Notes under the pieces: generated by a model | The model's database searches: none | What the model was told of the DNA's origin: nothing | The model's input: only the letters and a program-made list of their open reading frames with translations | Shown: piece by piece, positions 28,804 to 37,878 of the stretch | Position numbering within the stretch: position 1 is the stretch's first letter | How the letters are laid out: each line of letters starts with the position of its first letter | Virus record (IMG/VR): IMGVR_UViG_3300042429_001351 | Reading direction: 5' to 3' (one strand) | DNA length: 64,000 bases | Origin: an uncultured virus (IMG/VR IMGVR_UViG_3300042429_001351) | Taxonomy: Duplodnaviria; Heunggongvirae; Uroviricota; Caudoviricetes | Program-made: the position numbers and the translations under genes

Positions 28804-31056
28804 TCAGTTCAAGCCGAATTTTAATCTGCAACGACAGTTCATTGTCATGCGAGCTGGGGATAGTGGGTCGCCTGGGAACCTAATTACATCATCACCAACA
28901 TTGAATGCATCGCCAACACTAACCGTTTTCCCGTCGAGAAGTCTGTGCTCTGCTCTTGTTTTTGAATCCTTCAAAGAAATCCAAGTTTTTGATGCCGCAC
29001 CAACCTGTTTTGCTCCAAAGTAGACACCAGCATTATATGAAGTCTGCGCCTCATGTTCAGCAATGACCCTTTGCTTCTTGGAAATTAGATTAATAAAGAT
29101 TGCCACCAGGGCAGCCTTTAGCATTCCGGAACGGTCCTCGTCATCTTCAAGCGCAGAGGATATAAGTATGGCTGCTGCTATTTCTTCCTTGGTTGATGAG
29201 TTGACTTTTTGCATTCTTTCAATTTGTGCATCAATCAACTGTTTGATTTCTTCTTCATCAATTTCTGTCGGCATTCCTGTCTGTTCATTTATCAGACGAG
29301 CTGCGTCATTTGTAATACCGGAAAGAAGCGGTCTGAAGTCTTCAAGCATTTGCTTGTCCCAAACATCAATGTCAAAAATTAAACTCGATTCTAGGGAGCC
29401 TGCTGCAAGTGCCTTTTTTGATTTTGCGCCCATGGCCTTTTCAAGGACAACTCGTTGCTGCCGTTCGAAAAATCTATCTAAATTTCTATCCAAAATTTCA
29501 ATCCAGCGTTTTGAGTTTTCTTCTGCTTTTGAGTCCCAGTCATCGATTTGTTTGTTATCTGATTTTGACTGCATCGTCGGTTCGTATGCAGACAACGCAC
29601 TCGGTGACATTTGTGGTTGTCCACCCTGCTCTGCTGCGAGTGCTTCAGTCATAGTGTTTGGCTTTTGATTCATGTCAACTATTTGTGCCGGTATCTCTTG
29701 GTCTTGCGGCGCACCTTCAACTGGAACCTCTGGTGTTGGCATTACCCCCGCTGCTGCGACGCCAGGCATACCTGGCTGTTGTCCAGCCGCTGCAGCATCG
29801 GCTGCTTGCTTGGCGGAGTCAAACTCTTTGTCTGTATAACCAATCGGAGTAAGGTTTGGATTGGCAAGAAGAGCCTGCATGAGGTCTGATTTGATATGAA
29901 TTCTTCCGGTTGCGGCTCGATACTCGTTGCCACTTATAAGACCATTCTGAAATTCGTCTAACAAATATCTTTCACGCTCTTGCTTGTAGAGAATAAGGAT
30001 TGGTACATCAGACGTATCGAAGTCAATATAAAACTCATCGTCCAGTTCGTCTAATGCCCGACCAATCAACTCCATGTGCGGAAGCATTGTCTCGTTCCAA
30101 AAAACCCTATGTTCTTCAGCGGCATTTGAGAATGTTCGACCGGATGCATTGCCAATAACGGATTCCGGAACACCGAAGGATGCAAGGATTTCCTCTTTTG
30201 TAATCTGTCGCATCTGTATATAGTTGGCATCACGAGGGGATGCACCTGTATCGACGTAATCAACACCGTCGTCAGATGAGACAACAGTTATAGAGCCAGC
30301 CCTATTTATATTTCCACGAAATCTACTGCGAAGCTCATCTTTGTCATCGTCATCAATTTCTCCTTTTACAACAAGCAAGCCGCCTGGCCGACCGTCGTTA
30401 AGAAGGAAGTTGCGATTATATATTTTAGAAAGGTTTTCAATTTCAATGGCGATACCAGCAGACTCAAGTGGAGTCATGGACAGGTATGGGTCTAGTGGAT
30501 GTGGCTTTCTTACCCAGCAAACATCTTCCGGCTTTAGGATTACCTTTGTTCCGTTTCGCATATCAACTTCAAAACCGGAAACAAACTTTTTCGGGTCAGG
30601 TATTGGCGATGTGTGTTGTGGCGGAAGTAATTGAAGGGCGATGATTCCACCATCACGACCGCGTACTTTTTCAATAAATGCCCCACGTGAGGACATTAAC
30701 AATTGAGAGGAAAGTCTGTATCTAAAAACAAATGAGTTTTCACCCATGTTTGATTTAGAGTTCAAAATATCCAATATTTTGTTACTCTGATTGTCTGTGA
30801 CAATTTTCCCAGTTGGGGAATTATCTTTTCGCAACATTGCAGGTAGGCGGGCCTGATTTCCTGCTATCGCATCAATGCACCTGTTAACCCAGGTGACCTT
30901 GGCCATTCCTTCTCTGTAGGCACGCTCAATATCCCAAGAGTCTCGATATGGCTTTCCAGCCTGGCTTGGGTTGAACGCGACAGGAGCACCTGGCCCGAGT
31001 ATCGATTTCTGTCCTGGTGACTGGAGAGATTTGTTTTGCGAAGAGTTCCACGCCAT
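28804..31056 (-). CDS. HK97-family portal protein fused to a MuF (SPP1 gp7-like) head morphogenesis domain
   Basis: WVNRCIDAIA, ILASFGVPESVIG, FWNETMLP portal motifs; C-terminal KTWI...DSKTRAEH...DG...RFPGDP...NCRC. Confidence 0.92.
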   Translation of the reverse strand: MAWNSSQNKSLQSPGQKSILGPGAPVAFNPSQAGKPYRDSWDIERAYREGMAKVTWVNRCIDAIAGNQARLPAMLRKDNSPTGKIVTDNQSNKILDILNSKSNMGENSFVFRYRLSSQLLMSSRGAFIEKVRGRDGGIIALQLLPPQHTSPIPDPKKFVSGFEVDMRNGTKVILKPEDVCWVRKPHPLDPYLSMTPLESAGIAIEIENLSKIYNRNFLLNDGRPGGLLVVKGEIDDDDKDELRSRFRGNINRAGSITVVSSDDGVDYVDTGASPRDANYIQMRQITKEEILASFGVPESVIGNASGRTFSNAAEEHRVFWNETMLPHMELIGRALDELDDEFYIDFDTSDVPILILYKQERERYLLDEFQNGLISGNEYRAATGRIHIKSDLMQALLANPNLTPIGYTDKEFDSAKQAADAAAAGQQPGMPGVAAAGVMPTPEVPVEGAPQDQEIPAQIVDMNQKPNTMTEALAAEQGGQPQMSPSALSAYEPTMQSKSDNKQIDDWDSKAEENSKRWIEILDRNLDRFFERQQRVVLEKAMGAKSKKALAAGSLESSLIFDIDVWDKQMLEDFRPLLSGITNDAARLINEQTGMPTEIDEEEIKQLIDAQIERMQKVNSSTKEEIAAAILISSALEDDEDRSGMLKAALVAIFINLISKKQRVIAEHEAQTSYNAGVYFGAKQVGAASKTWISLKDSKTRAEHRLLDGKTVSVGDAFNVGDDVIRFPGDPLSPARMTMNCRCRLKFGLN

Positions 31057-31065
31057 AAAGTGCGA

Positions 31066-31233
31066 TTATTCCAGTCCTAGTAGAAACCCGAGGGCGCCAG
31101 AACAAACCCCTGCGGTAATAAAGCCCACAGGCAACGAAATGTAAAAAGCGCCAATTGTTGTCATAATTATAAATGACACCATGAGCATATTGGCAGTTCT
31201 CCGTCTAGTAAACCATTGTAGTACTTTTTTCAT
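31066..31233 (-). CDS. Small membrane protein (55 aa) upstream of the portal
   Basis: Manual translation MKKVLQWFTRRRTANMLMVSFIIMTTIGAFYISLPVGFITAGVCSGALGFLLGLE; two hydrophobic segments. Confidence 0.75.
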   Translation of the reverse strand: MKKVLQWFTRRRTANMLMVSFIIMTTIGAFYISLPVGFITAGVCSGALGFLLGLE

Positions 31234-31299
31234 ACACCCACCGGTTCTGCATCTTTCATATGGTTAAATACTAGTACGAAATACGTTGATGACAGGAAC

Positions 31300-32607
31300 A
31301 TGATGACAAATTGGAACGAAGTACTCAGATACCTAGAACCCAAGAAGCCTTTGTACTGCCCTGAAGAGGCATCGATTACACAAAGAGTATTCCTTAGAAC
31401 ATACGACATAGAAGCCCTTTTTGGTGGTGCAGCAGGCGGAGGAAAATCGTCTGCGTTGCTGATGGCTGCTCTCCAATACGTTGATATACCTGGCTATTCT
31501 GCAATTCTTTTCAGAAGAACTTATGCCGACTTGTCTCTGCCTGGAGCCTTGATGGACCGTTTTAAGTCGTGGATTGCAATGCATGACGATGTGCACTGGA
31601 ACGCAAATAGCTTCATAGCTACCTTCCCGTCAGGCGCAAGAATTTCTTTCGGTTACCTAAACAACGTTGGCGACTATCTTCGTTACAAGGGTTCTGAATT
31701 TCAGTTTATTGGTATGGACGAGGTTACCGAAATTAGAGAATCTGATTATCGCTATCTCTTTTCTCGTCTACGTCGTCCATCAACTGGTGAATTATCAAAA
31801 GTCCCACTAAGGATGAGGACTGCGTCTAACCCTGCACCCAATTGGGTTAGACAGAGGTTTATCGTTGAGGGACGTGAGCACGGTCGGATATTCGTTCCAT
31901 CCATGCTTACCGATAACCCAGGAATTGACGCTGAGTCATACCGACAGGCGCTATCCGCCCTTGACCCCATTGAGCGCAGACGGCTGGAAATGGGCGACTG
32001 GTGGGCAACTAGCCTCGGAACGATTTTTGATAGAACAGCATTTGTCCCAATTGACCCGATAGATGTGCCACAAGTCACATCATCAGCTAGGGCTGTTAGA
32101 TTCTGGGACCTTGCAGCAACCGAGCCAAGCCATTCAAACCCAAATCCCGACTGGACCGTAGGCACTTTGATGCTTTTCGACCAAGGAATCGCCTATGTCT
32201 TGGATGTCAAAAAGGCCCGAGTAAAGAACGAACGGGTTGAGCAATTAGTGGCTCAAACAGCCTATGAAGACGGCCATACGGTGACGATACGAATGGAGCA
32301 AGAACCAGGTTCGTCAGGAAAGGCCCTAATCGACCAGTATGCCCGCTACATCCTTCCAGGGTATGACTTTGGTGGAATTCGGTCTACTGGGGACAAATTA
32401 ACTAGGGCACGCCCTTTTTCTGCGGCCGTAGCCAACGGTAACGTTCGGGTTGTCCAAGCCCCATGGCTATCGGATTGGCTTGATGAATTTTCTGCATTTC
32501 CAGAAGCATGCGACCACGACGACCAGGTTGACTCTGCCGTTGGAGCTTTTACACATTTAACTGGTTTGGGGTTGCCACAGAGGAGACCAGTCTCTATAAT
32601 CATCTAG
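31300..32607 (+). CDS. terL: Terminase large subunit
   Basis: Walker A GGAAGGGKS, Walker B IGMDE, motif III TASNP, nuclease WDLAA and HDDQVDS. Confidence 0.95.
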   Translation: MMTNWNEVLRYLEPKKPLYCPEEASITQRVFLRTYDIEALFGGAAGGGKSSALLMAALQYVDIPGYSAILFRRTYADLSLPGALMDRFKSWIAMHDDVHWNANSFIATFPSGARISFGYLNNVGDYLRYKGSEFQFIGMDEVTEIRESDYRYLFSRLRRPSTGELSKVPLRMRTASNPAPNWVRQRFIVEGREHGRIFVPSMLTDNPGIDAESYRQALSALDPIERRRLEMGDWWATSLGTIFDRTAFVPIDPIDVPQVTSSARAVRFWDLAATEPSHSNPNPDWTVGTLMLFDQGIAYVLDVKKARVKNERVEQLVAQTAYEDGHTVTIRMEQEPGSSGKALIDQYARYILPGYDFGGIRSTGDKLTRARPFSAAVANGNVRVVQAPWLSDWLDEFSAFPEACDHDDQVDSAVGAFTHLTGLGLPQRRPVSIII

Positions 32608-32638
32608 GAAGACCTACAAACCTAACTATTGGAGACAT

Positions 32639-33148
32639 ATGAATATTGAGGGGAAAGAAGCCTGGAATAAGGCTTTGGACGATGCAAATCGTTCATTAAT
32701 GGAATTAGAGCGCGCTTTTAGCAAGCTCGGAGAAAGCAAGGACATTGAAACTGTTTGCTCCGCATTGGTAGAAGCACACCTGCTCAAAGCAAGCATGTCC
32801 GTGGCTTACGACTCTCTTTGCCACATCGTCGATGGAGTGATGGGAAGTCTCCCAGAATTCATTACAACCGATGGAAGCAAAGTTGAAAAACGAGCCGGCA
32901 ATGACCGCAAGAAGTGGAGGCACGAAGAACTTGCGCAGAACATTGCGTCACGTTTAAGCGATATGTCGGTTGATATGTCAACTGGTGAAATCACAATGAC
33001 ACCGCAAGAAATGGTTGTCAAACTTCTTGACTACTGTGCGCCATCATACTGGCGAGTAAAAGAACTTGCAAAAATTGGAATTTCCGCAGATAAGTTCTGC
33101 GAGGTAGAAGAAAAAGAAGCAAGCATTATCGTACGAAAGGCTAAATAA
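32639..33148 (+). CDS. Hypothetical phage protein
   Basis: ORF with GGAG RBS, coupled to the next gene. Confidence 0.75.
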   Translation: MNIEGKEAWNKALDDANRSLMELERAFSKLGESKDIETVCSALVEAHLLKASMSVAYDSLCHIVDGVMGSLPEFITTDGSKVEKRAGNDRKKWRHEELAQNIASRLSDMSVDMSTGEITMTPQEMVVKLLDYCAPSYWRVKELAKIGISADKFCEVEEKEASIIVRKAK

Positions 33149-33149
33149 A

Positions 33150-33794
33150 ATGTCAGACATATACCAACAACTATCAGAGTCGTTCCCACCAGAGATGGTG
33201 CGTTCAGTTAATAAAAGTGGAACGAATCTTCTATACATCCCAGTTACCGAAGTAACCAACCGTCTCAATAAGGTTCTCGGTGTTGGGAAGTGGTCGCGCG
33301 AGGTAATCAAGTGTGAACGCGACGCAATTGATACTGACTGGATTATGGCTCATGTCCGCATTACTTGGCTTGCAACGGATGAGCACCCAGCCGTATCTCG
33401 CGATGGAATTGATGCAGCAAAGATTATGCGCACCAAGCAAGGTCAGATTGTCGACCTTGGCGATGCGTACAAGAGTGCAGAGTCAAACGCGTTCAAGAAA
33501 GCAGCCCAAAGCCTTGGTGTCGGTTTGTACTTATCTCGTACTGACGACGCAATCGAAATCGAACAAGCAATGGATGCTGTTCCAGCAAATGCTGATGCTC
33601 ATCCAATTTGGGACAACTTCATTGGTATTAGCAAGAAATTCAATGCTGAGCAAAAAGCCGAACTCCGCTCCAAGTGGAGCGAATGGAGTGGTGGAAAAGC
33701 CGTTCCAACAAAAGACACGGTGACATCTGCAGAGGCTGATTTCCTTCATGTTGAAGCAGTTGCGATTGCTTTCTCCGAAAAGAAGAAAGACTAA
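33150..33794 (+). CDS. Rad52/Sak-like single-strand annealing protein
   Basis: LLYIP...VTNRLNKVLG...W; YKSAESNAFKKAAQSLGVGLYL. Confidence 0.85.
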   Translation: MSDIYQQLSESFPPEMVRSVNKSGTNLLYIPVTEVTNRLNKVLGVGKWSREVIKCERDAIDTDWIMAHVRITWLATDEHPAVSRDGIDAAKIMRTKQGQIVDLGDAYKSAESNAFKKAAQSLGVGLYLSRTDDAIEIEQAMDAVPANADAHPIWDNFIGISKKFNAEQKAELRSKWSEWSGGKAVPTKDTVTSAEADFLHVEAVAIAFSEKKKD

Positions 33795-33796
33795 AC

Positions 33797-34585
33797 GTGA
33801 CAACGGAGTTGAATCCACTCCCACCACACCTTTCAGCATCATCTATTGGGACATTCCAACAATGTCCGCTACGTTTCAAGTTGTCGCGAATCGATAAGAT
33901 TTCGGAACCGCCAACCCAGCAGACGTTGATGGGGAATTTTGTTCACGACACCCTTGAGTATTTCTACAACACATATCAACCAGAAGACCGCTCGCTTTCT
34001 AACGCGCAACATTCTGCTCGATTTGTTTGGGAATCATCTGGATGGGTGGAACGTGTAACGCCGTATCTTCGGACATTATCTATAAATGACTTCCGATGGA
34101 ATTCATGGTGGTGTATCGAGAATCTTTTCGGACTTGAAAACCCTGGGATAATTCATCCTCGTGGAGTTGAGTTTGAGGTCAACGGTGCAATCAATGGAGT
34201 TGTAATCAAGGGTTTTATTGACCGCTGGATACATGACGAAGACAAAATAACCATCAGTGATTACAAGACTGGAAAAGTTCCATCTTCGCGCTACATGGAA
34301 GGTAAGTTTTTTCAGTTGGTCCTTTATTCCCTGCTCCTCAAGGAGATGGGGATTACATCAGAAAACACAGAACTTGAATTGCTCTATCTAAAAGATGGGG
34401 TTCGTAAGACCAATAAGCCAAAAGAAATTGATTATGAGTCAGCAATAAACTTAATAACAACGGTAAAAAGGGAGATAGACCAAGCTTATGAAGACAACAA
34501 ATGGCCAGCTGTTCCGTCGCGACTCTGCGACTGGTGCGTTTACAAATCAAGTATCTGCAGCCATTGGAACAAAAAAAATGAATGA
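33797..34585 (+). CDS. PD-(D/E)XK RecB/Cas4-like exonuclease with 4-Cys cluster
   Basis: HLSASSI..F.QCP, MGNFVH, GFIDR...SDYKTG, QLVLY, CDWC...C. Confidence 0.9.
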   Translation: MTTELNPLPPHLSASSIGTFQQCPLRFKLSRIDKISEPPTQQTLMGNFVHDTLEYFYNTYQPEDRSLSNAQHSARFVWESSGWVERVTPYLRTLSINDFRWNSWWCIENLFGLENPGIIHPRGVEFEVNGAINGVVIKGFIDRWIHDEDKITISDYKTGKVPSSRYMEGKFFQLVLYSLLLKEMGITSENTELELLYLKDGVRKTNKPKEIDYESAINLITTVKREIDQAYEDNKWPAVPSRLCDWCVYKSSICSHWNKKNE

Positions 34586-35069
34586 TGAGACTTTTGCTCG
34601 GATTGTCGCAGAAGATGTAAAAAACAACGTAACCGAAAGCCAGCGAGAATATTTGATGCTCCCACAGAATCGGGCACGCTGGAAGTTTGCATTAAAAGTC
34701 TTGTCCGAAAATATCAGTTCACAAATAAAGGACATCAACGCAGACAAGGAGGCCGACAGTATTCGTTATTCGGCACTTGGTTCGCAGGGGAAGTCGATGC
34801 TTGTCGAATCAGGTGCTGCCTATGACGCGAAGCTCAATAAGATTAGTCGCTTCATGTTCTACGTTGAAAGCCGTCTTAATTTTGTAGAAAACCTCGTTGA
34901 GGATGAGTCTGAGATGTCTCGAAAAGAGCTCTTAGAAGCAGCAATTCACAAGTATCTTGAGATGCTTGATGAGATGGACTTTGAACGCACCGAACTTGAC
35001 GATGCACTTGAGCACGCATTGATTAACAACTCCCTATCTGCGTTTGACTCAGTTACACTTGAAGAGTGA
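34578..35069 (+). CDS. Hypothetical protein
   Basis: Probable start MNDETF overlapping the end of the preceding gene. Confidence 0.7.
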   Translation: MNDETFARIVAEDVKNNVTESQREYLMLPQNRARWKFALKVLSENISSQIKDINADKEADSIRYSALGSQGKSMLVESGAAYDAKLNKISRFMFYVESRLNFVENLVEDESEMSRKELLEAAIHKYLEMLDEMDFERTELDDALEHALINNSLSAFDSVTLEE

Positions 35070-35368
35070 GATATAGGTCAAAGAAAAAAGAAGAAGAGTA
35101 CAAACTACGAAGACCTCTCGTTATTCGCTTGCTCGAAGAGCGACCATGGTGCGAGGCATGTTCAAAATTTGCCGAACACGATGAAGTTGTTACCTATACA
35201 AGAAACAGAAGCAGCGACATACATGAAATTATTCGTCGTTCACAGGGCGGCTCGATACTCGATGAAGAGAATCTCATGTCGGTATGTAGGCCGTGCCACA
35301 TGAGAATCGGAAACTATCCGCAGTTGGCTTTTGACCTAGGTCTGGCTAAGCACGGCTGGGAGCGTTAG
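35066..35368 (+). CDS. HNH endonuclease
   Basis: CEAC...DIHE...RSQGG...ENLMSVCRPCH. Confidence 0.85.
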   Translation: MRYRSKKKEEEYKLRRPLVIRLLEERPWCEACSKFAEHDEVVTYTRNRSSDIHEIIRRSQGGSILDEENLMSVCRPCHMRIGNYPQLAFDLGLAKHGWER

Positions 35369-35397
35369 GTTTTAACTAGCTAAGAGTTTTTGGGTAT

Positions 35398-35436
35398 AAA
35401 AAAACCACCTCACCCACTAGTGATGAGGTGGTTTTT
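35398..35436. terminator. Bidirectional intrinsic terminator between convergent genes
   Basis: AAAACCACCTCA / TGAGGTGGTTTT inverted repeat flanked by A and T runs. Confidence 0.85.
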
Positions 35437-35450
35437 GTTAAAGGGTTTAT

Positions 35451-35801
35451 TTAGCCTTGGATTACGGTGAATGCAACTGTCATGTTTGAACCAGCAGTGC
35501 CGGAACCGACAGCCGATACGTCAAGGCTGACAAGAGCGCCTTGTGTGAAATCGCAGTTGGCTGCAGTAAGCGTGCCTTCGTCTGAAGTTCCTGCAGCTGC
35601 GATTGAGAACGCTGCTGCTACATCAGAACCGACTTTAAGGTCTGCGGTAAGTGCTGAACCTGCTGGTGCTGTGGTTACGGCTACGTAAGCGCCGGTGATT
35701 CTGCCAGCAAACGGCATGGCCATTGTGACGATGCTGCTGGTTGACAATCCACCAGCAATGTTCATTGTGATGGTTGTTGGTGCGAGTACTGCTGTTGACA
35801 T
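35451..35801 (-). CDS. Small beta-rich structural protein, probable capsid decoration protein (116 aa)
   Basis: GGAG RBS before ATG 35801; Ala/Thr/Gly/Ser-rich; stand-alone gene with its own terminator. Confidence 0.55.
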   Translation of the reverse strand: MSTAVLAPTTITMNIAGGLSTSSIVTMAMPFAGRITGAYVAVTTAPAGSALTADLKVGSDVAAAFSIAAAGTSDEGTLTAANCDFTQGALVSLDVSAVGSGTAGSNMTVAFTVIQG

Positions 35802-35925
35802 TTTTTCTCCTATGTATAAATGGGGTACGCGAAAAAGTATACACCAAACAATCTTGACCAAAGGAGAATAAAAAAAAACGTTTATTTTACGTGAGTGAAA
35901 AATGTTGCGGGTGTATTGTTGTAAT

Positions 35926-35988
35926 CCTTAGGACCGTTATAGGCGCGAAAGTCGGGTGGGGAAACTCACTCGGCTTTTGCGTTTTTTT
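35926..35988 (+). ncRNA. Putative ~60 nt small RNA ending in an 18-bp GAAA-capped hairpin/terminator
   Basis: TATTGT -10 at 35914-35919; stem 35943-35960/35965-35982 with 5 G-U pairs (plus-strand specific); T run; no ORF. Confidence 0.5.
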
Positions 35989-36050
35989 GTTTTACAAACA
36001 CCATAAAGCTATTTACTTTCGTAAGGCATCGCTGAGTGTTACTCTGAAAT

Positions 36051-36186
36051 CCTCTAGCCGGTAGCCGTTTCCAAGGGAAGAAAGGCAGGTGGTCAAAGAG
36101 TCTAGTGATTTTTCACGGCAAAACAATTCCTCTATGCTCCGAGGACATTGGAAACCCGCCTGATGCTAGAGGTCAGGCGGGTCTTT
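36051..36186 (+). ncRNA. Putative structured ncRNA (~135 nt)
   Basis: Extended -10 TGtTACTCT at 36037-36045; nested pairings CCTCTAGC/GCTAGAGG, GTTTCCAA/TTGGAAAC, TCCTC/GAGGA; 3' hairpin ACCCGCCTGA/TCAGGCGGGT. Confidence 0.6.
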
Positions 36187-36209
36187 GCTGTACGGGGTAG
36201 TATTCGTCT

Positions 36210-36725
36210 GTGAAACTACTTGGACTAGACCTTTCTCTCACTTCTACTGGGTACTGTTTCGACGGTGAGAGCGGCGTTATCGCCACTGGCCTTTTAGGGA
36301 CCGAACGTCTCGAAGCAGTAAAAGATGATATTTCGAATTTATTATTAGCTAATAAAATTGATTGTGTTCTTCTTGAAGGCTACTCATTTGCGTCTCGTAG
36401 CGGGCAAGCGTTTTCTATTGGTGAGCTAGGTGGAGTTATTAGACTTTTGATACACAATCTAGGGATAAATCTCATAGAGATACCCCCAACATGTAGGGCC
36501 AAGTTTGCAACAGGAAAAGGGAACGCCTCCAAGAATGAGGTTATCTCAGCAATATCTGCCCGAACCGGAATCGTGTGGGGGAATCCTGGCGCTGATGATA
36601 AATGTGATGCTTGGATTCTTGAAGAGATGGGTCTTGCTCGTCTCGGCAAACAAAGATATTCTTGGCCAGACGTAAACATGTCTGCTCTGGAGAAGATAGA
36701 TTGGACTCCTCTCGAAGGGAATTAA
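36210..36725 (+). CDS. ruvC: RuvC-like Holliday junction resolvase
   Basis: LGLDLSLTSTG, LLEGY, KFATGKGNASK, DDKCDA; GTG start just after a TAGTAT -10 (leaderless). Confidence 0.88.
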   Translation: MKLLGLDLSLTSTGYCFDGESGVIATGLLGTERLEAVKDDISNLLLANKIDCVLLEGYSFASRSGQAFSIGELGGVIRLLIHNLGINLIEIPPTCRAKFATGKGNASKNEVISAISARTGIVWGNPGADDKCDAWILEEMGLARLGKQRYSWPDVNMSALEKIDWTPLEGN

Positions 36726-36728
36726 TAC

Positions 36729-37067
36729 GTGGACCGCAGCAAACCGATTAGCCAAGTTGACATCGAGCAAGAGCTTCTTCGCCTGATGGATATTTTGGAA
36801 AACGAAACAGAAGCATTCGAACAACTCGCTGTTGATGCAGCCAAAAAAGAAGCAATGTTCAAGGGTGAATGGGCAAAGCAATACCTTTCCGCAAAGGGTT
36901 CAATCAAAGAGCGTGAAGCATGGTCGGACTACAAGCTTGCAGACCAGATATTGGATTACAAAATCGCAGAAGGCCTCGTAAAAGCAAAGCGTGAAAAACT
37001 TCTTTCATTACGTACGAGCATCGATGCACTGCGCACACTGAACGCAAACGTGCGAGCACAAGTATGA
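36729..37067 (+). CDS. Hypothetical coiled-coil protein
   Basis: ORF coupled within the operon. Confidence 0.75.
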   Translation: MDRSKPISQVDIEQELLRLMDILENETEAFEQLAVDAAKKEAMFKGEWAKQYLSAKGSIKEREAWSDYKLADQILDYKIAEGLVKAKREKLLSLRTSIDALRTLNANVRAQV

Positions 37068-37630
37068 GTAAAAAGTATGTAGGACCAGAGTCTATTTCAA
37101 TTGATGTAAAAACCCTGAACGAACCGGAGTGGCGAGCCACACATGTTCTCAAACCAGACCTGGAATTACTCCAACAATCAGTAGTTGATTACGGTCTCCT
37201 ATCACCAATCATCGTCCAAAAAAAAACACTGCAAATAATCGACGGTTATCATCGTTGGATTATTTTCCGTTCTAATAAAGAAATCATGTCACGACATGAG
37301 GGGAAGATTCCTGCTCTCATCTTTGACATCGACGAGATAGATGCAATGATGATGCACCTGCGGCTAAACCGAGGGCGTGGGAACATATTTGCCAATAACA
37401 TGTCAAGAATTATCAAAGATGTCTATTACAGCGAGAAGTATGACATCAACGAAATCCAAGAACTTTTGAACATGAACGTCATTGAAGCAGACATGATGCT
37501 CGATGGCTCACTCTTAAAGAGTAGAAAAGTCAAGGACCATACGTACTCAAAAGCATGGGTTCCAATTGAGGTTCCATCTGGCAAAGTAGAGAAAGCAGTT
37601 CTTGAACGACCTCCAAACGTTGACCGCTAG
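37064..37630 (+). CDS. ParB/Srx-like domain protein
   Basis: LQQSVVDYGLLSPIIV...IIDGYHRW...LNRGRG. Confidence 0.85.
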   Translation: MSKKYVGPESISIDVKTLNEPEWRATHVLKPDLELLQQSVVDYGLLSPIIVQKKTLQIIDGYHRWIIFRSNKEIMSRHEGKIPALIFDIDEIDAMMMHLRLNRGRGNIFANNMSRIIKDVYYSEKYDINEIQELLNMNVIEADMMLDGSLLKSRKVKDHTYSKAWVPIEVPSGKVEKAVLERPPNVDR

Positions 37631-37685
37631 CAGACGTAAGTAAAATGGTGTAAACTTTGGTAAAACTTGTCCACAGTGAGGTTTT

Positions 37686-37865
37686 ATGCCAACACCAAGC
37701 AATGCAACCGATAGCGAACTAACGCCTCCTACAAGAGCAAGAATTTTGCCATCCCGAGACAGGAATCAGCGTCCTAGTTTTTTGCGTCGCGCTGCGGCTT
37801 CAGGCCTAAATCGTCTAGCTAATATTGTTTCGCCACAGCAGCGGCCAGCCGCTGGCACAGCGTAA
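37686..37865 (+). CDS. Small basic protein (59 aa), below the ORF-track cutoff
   Basis: GAGG RBS, TAAACT -10 upstream; MPTPSNATDSELTPPTRARILPSRDRNQRPSFLRRAAASGLNRLANIVSPQQRPAAGTA. Confidence 0.6.
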   Translation: MPTPSNATDSELTPPTRARILPSRDRNQRPSFLRRAAASGLNRLANIVSPQQRPAAGTA

Positions 37866-37878
37866 AAGGTAATTCTAC

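Noticed and set aside
297..30634. Numerous short plus-strand ORFs in the left arm
   Set aside because: Antisense shadows of long minus-strand genes with no recognisable motifs
33797..34585. Cas4-like gene as evidence of a CRISPR-Cas system
   Set aside because: No array or other cas genes; adjacency to Sak indicates a recombination exonuclease
35690..35705. RITGAY in the small structural protein as a TGAM site
   Set aside because: It lacks the Met and appears to lie within a beta-strand region
36105..36130. GGCAAAAC as a c-di-GMP-I riboswitch
   Set aside because: The GNRA-capped P2 and the GCAAAG P3 elements are missing
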